A stretch of 64,000 nt of DNA. Source: Gammaproteobacteria bacterium (GTDB taxonomy: Bacteria > Pseudomonadota > Gammaproteobacteria > GCA-001735895). Each line of letters begins with the position of its first letter. The stretch's first letter is position 1. The stretch covers positions 128,001 to 192,000 of the forward strand of contig JBNKUM010000085.1 in assembly GCA_050298595.1 (NCBI GenBank), read 5' to 3'. The position numbers and the translations under genes were made by a program. Positions 63,691-64,000 of the stretch are shown in pieces. A model generated the notes under the pieces. The model was given only the letters and a program-made list of their open reading frames with translations. It ran no database searches and had not been told where the DNA came from.

Positions 63691-64000
63691 ATGTCTGTAA
63701 AAGTACTTGAACTCAGTTATGAGTTCTTTCCTCCGCGTACCGATGCAGGGAAAGAAACGCTTGCTCGAACTCGCAGAGATCTGGCAGAACTGAATCCTGC
63801 TTTTTACTCTGTCACCTTTGGGGCTGGCGGCTCTACTCGAGATAAGACTCTGGAAACAGTTATAGATATACAACAAAACTCTGAAGTCGACGCCTGCCCA
63901 CATATCACCTGTGTCGGCGCAAGCAATGATGAAATCATCGAGCTGCTTGAGATTTATCGCAGCAACGATATACACCGACTACTGGTGTTACGTGGAGACC
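63691..64000 (+). CDS. metF: Methylenetetrahydrofolate reductase (partial, runs off window)
   Basis: SYEFFPP, SVTFGAGGST, HITCV, LRGD. Confidence 0.93.
   Translation, partial: MSVKVLELSYEFFPPRTDAGKETLARTRRDLAELNPAFYSVTFGAGGSTRDKTLETVIDIQQNSEVDACPHITCVGASNDEIIELLEIYRSNDIHRLLVLRGD

Overview
Chromosomal window of a gammaproteobacterium, probably a sulfur-oxidising chemolithotroph (inferred from a sulfur-globule-like protein, an exported CPPFC rhodanese, a small cytochrome c and a tkt-gap-pgk-pyk-fba operon). Most of it is housekeeping: pepP/ygfB/zapA/6S RNA/fau, ilvA, rpiA, rplM-rpsI, crp, rpe-gph-trpEGDC, purEK/purC, rapA, bioD, metK-SAH riboswitch-ahcY-metF. Points of note: (1) a mirror-symmetric island at ~34.0-40.6 kb with two converging attC cassette arrays and no integrase in the window; each array starts at a copy of the same palindromic attI-like site and ends in an antisense group IIC-attC intron remnant; between them is an IS1111-type element in a REP whose right non-coding end carries guide segments matching its target; (2) a TpsB / tandem-FecR / TpsA cluster next to a strongly degenerate GcvPA-like gene; (3) an unannotated CUCCUCC-motif sRNA with promoter and terminator; (4) a WRW leader peptide whose RNA can pair with the trpE initiation region. 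All calls come from reading the sequence by eye; no searches or folding programs were run.
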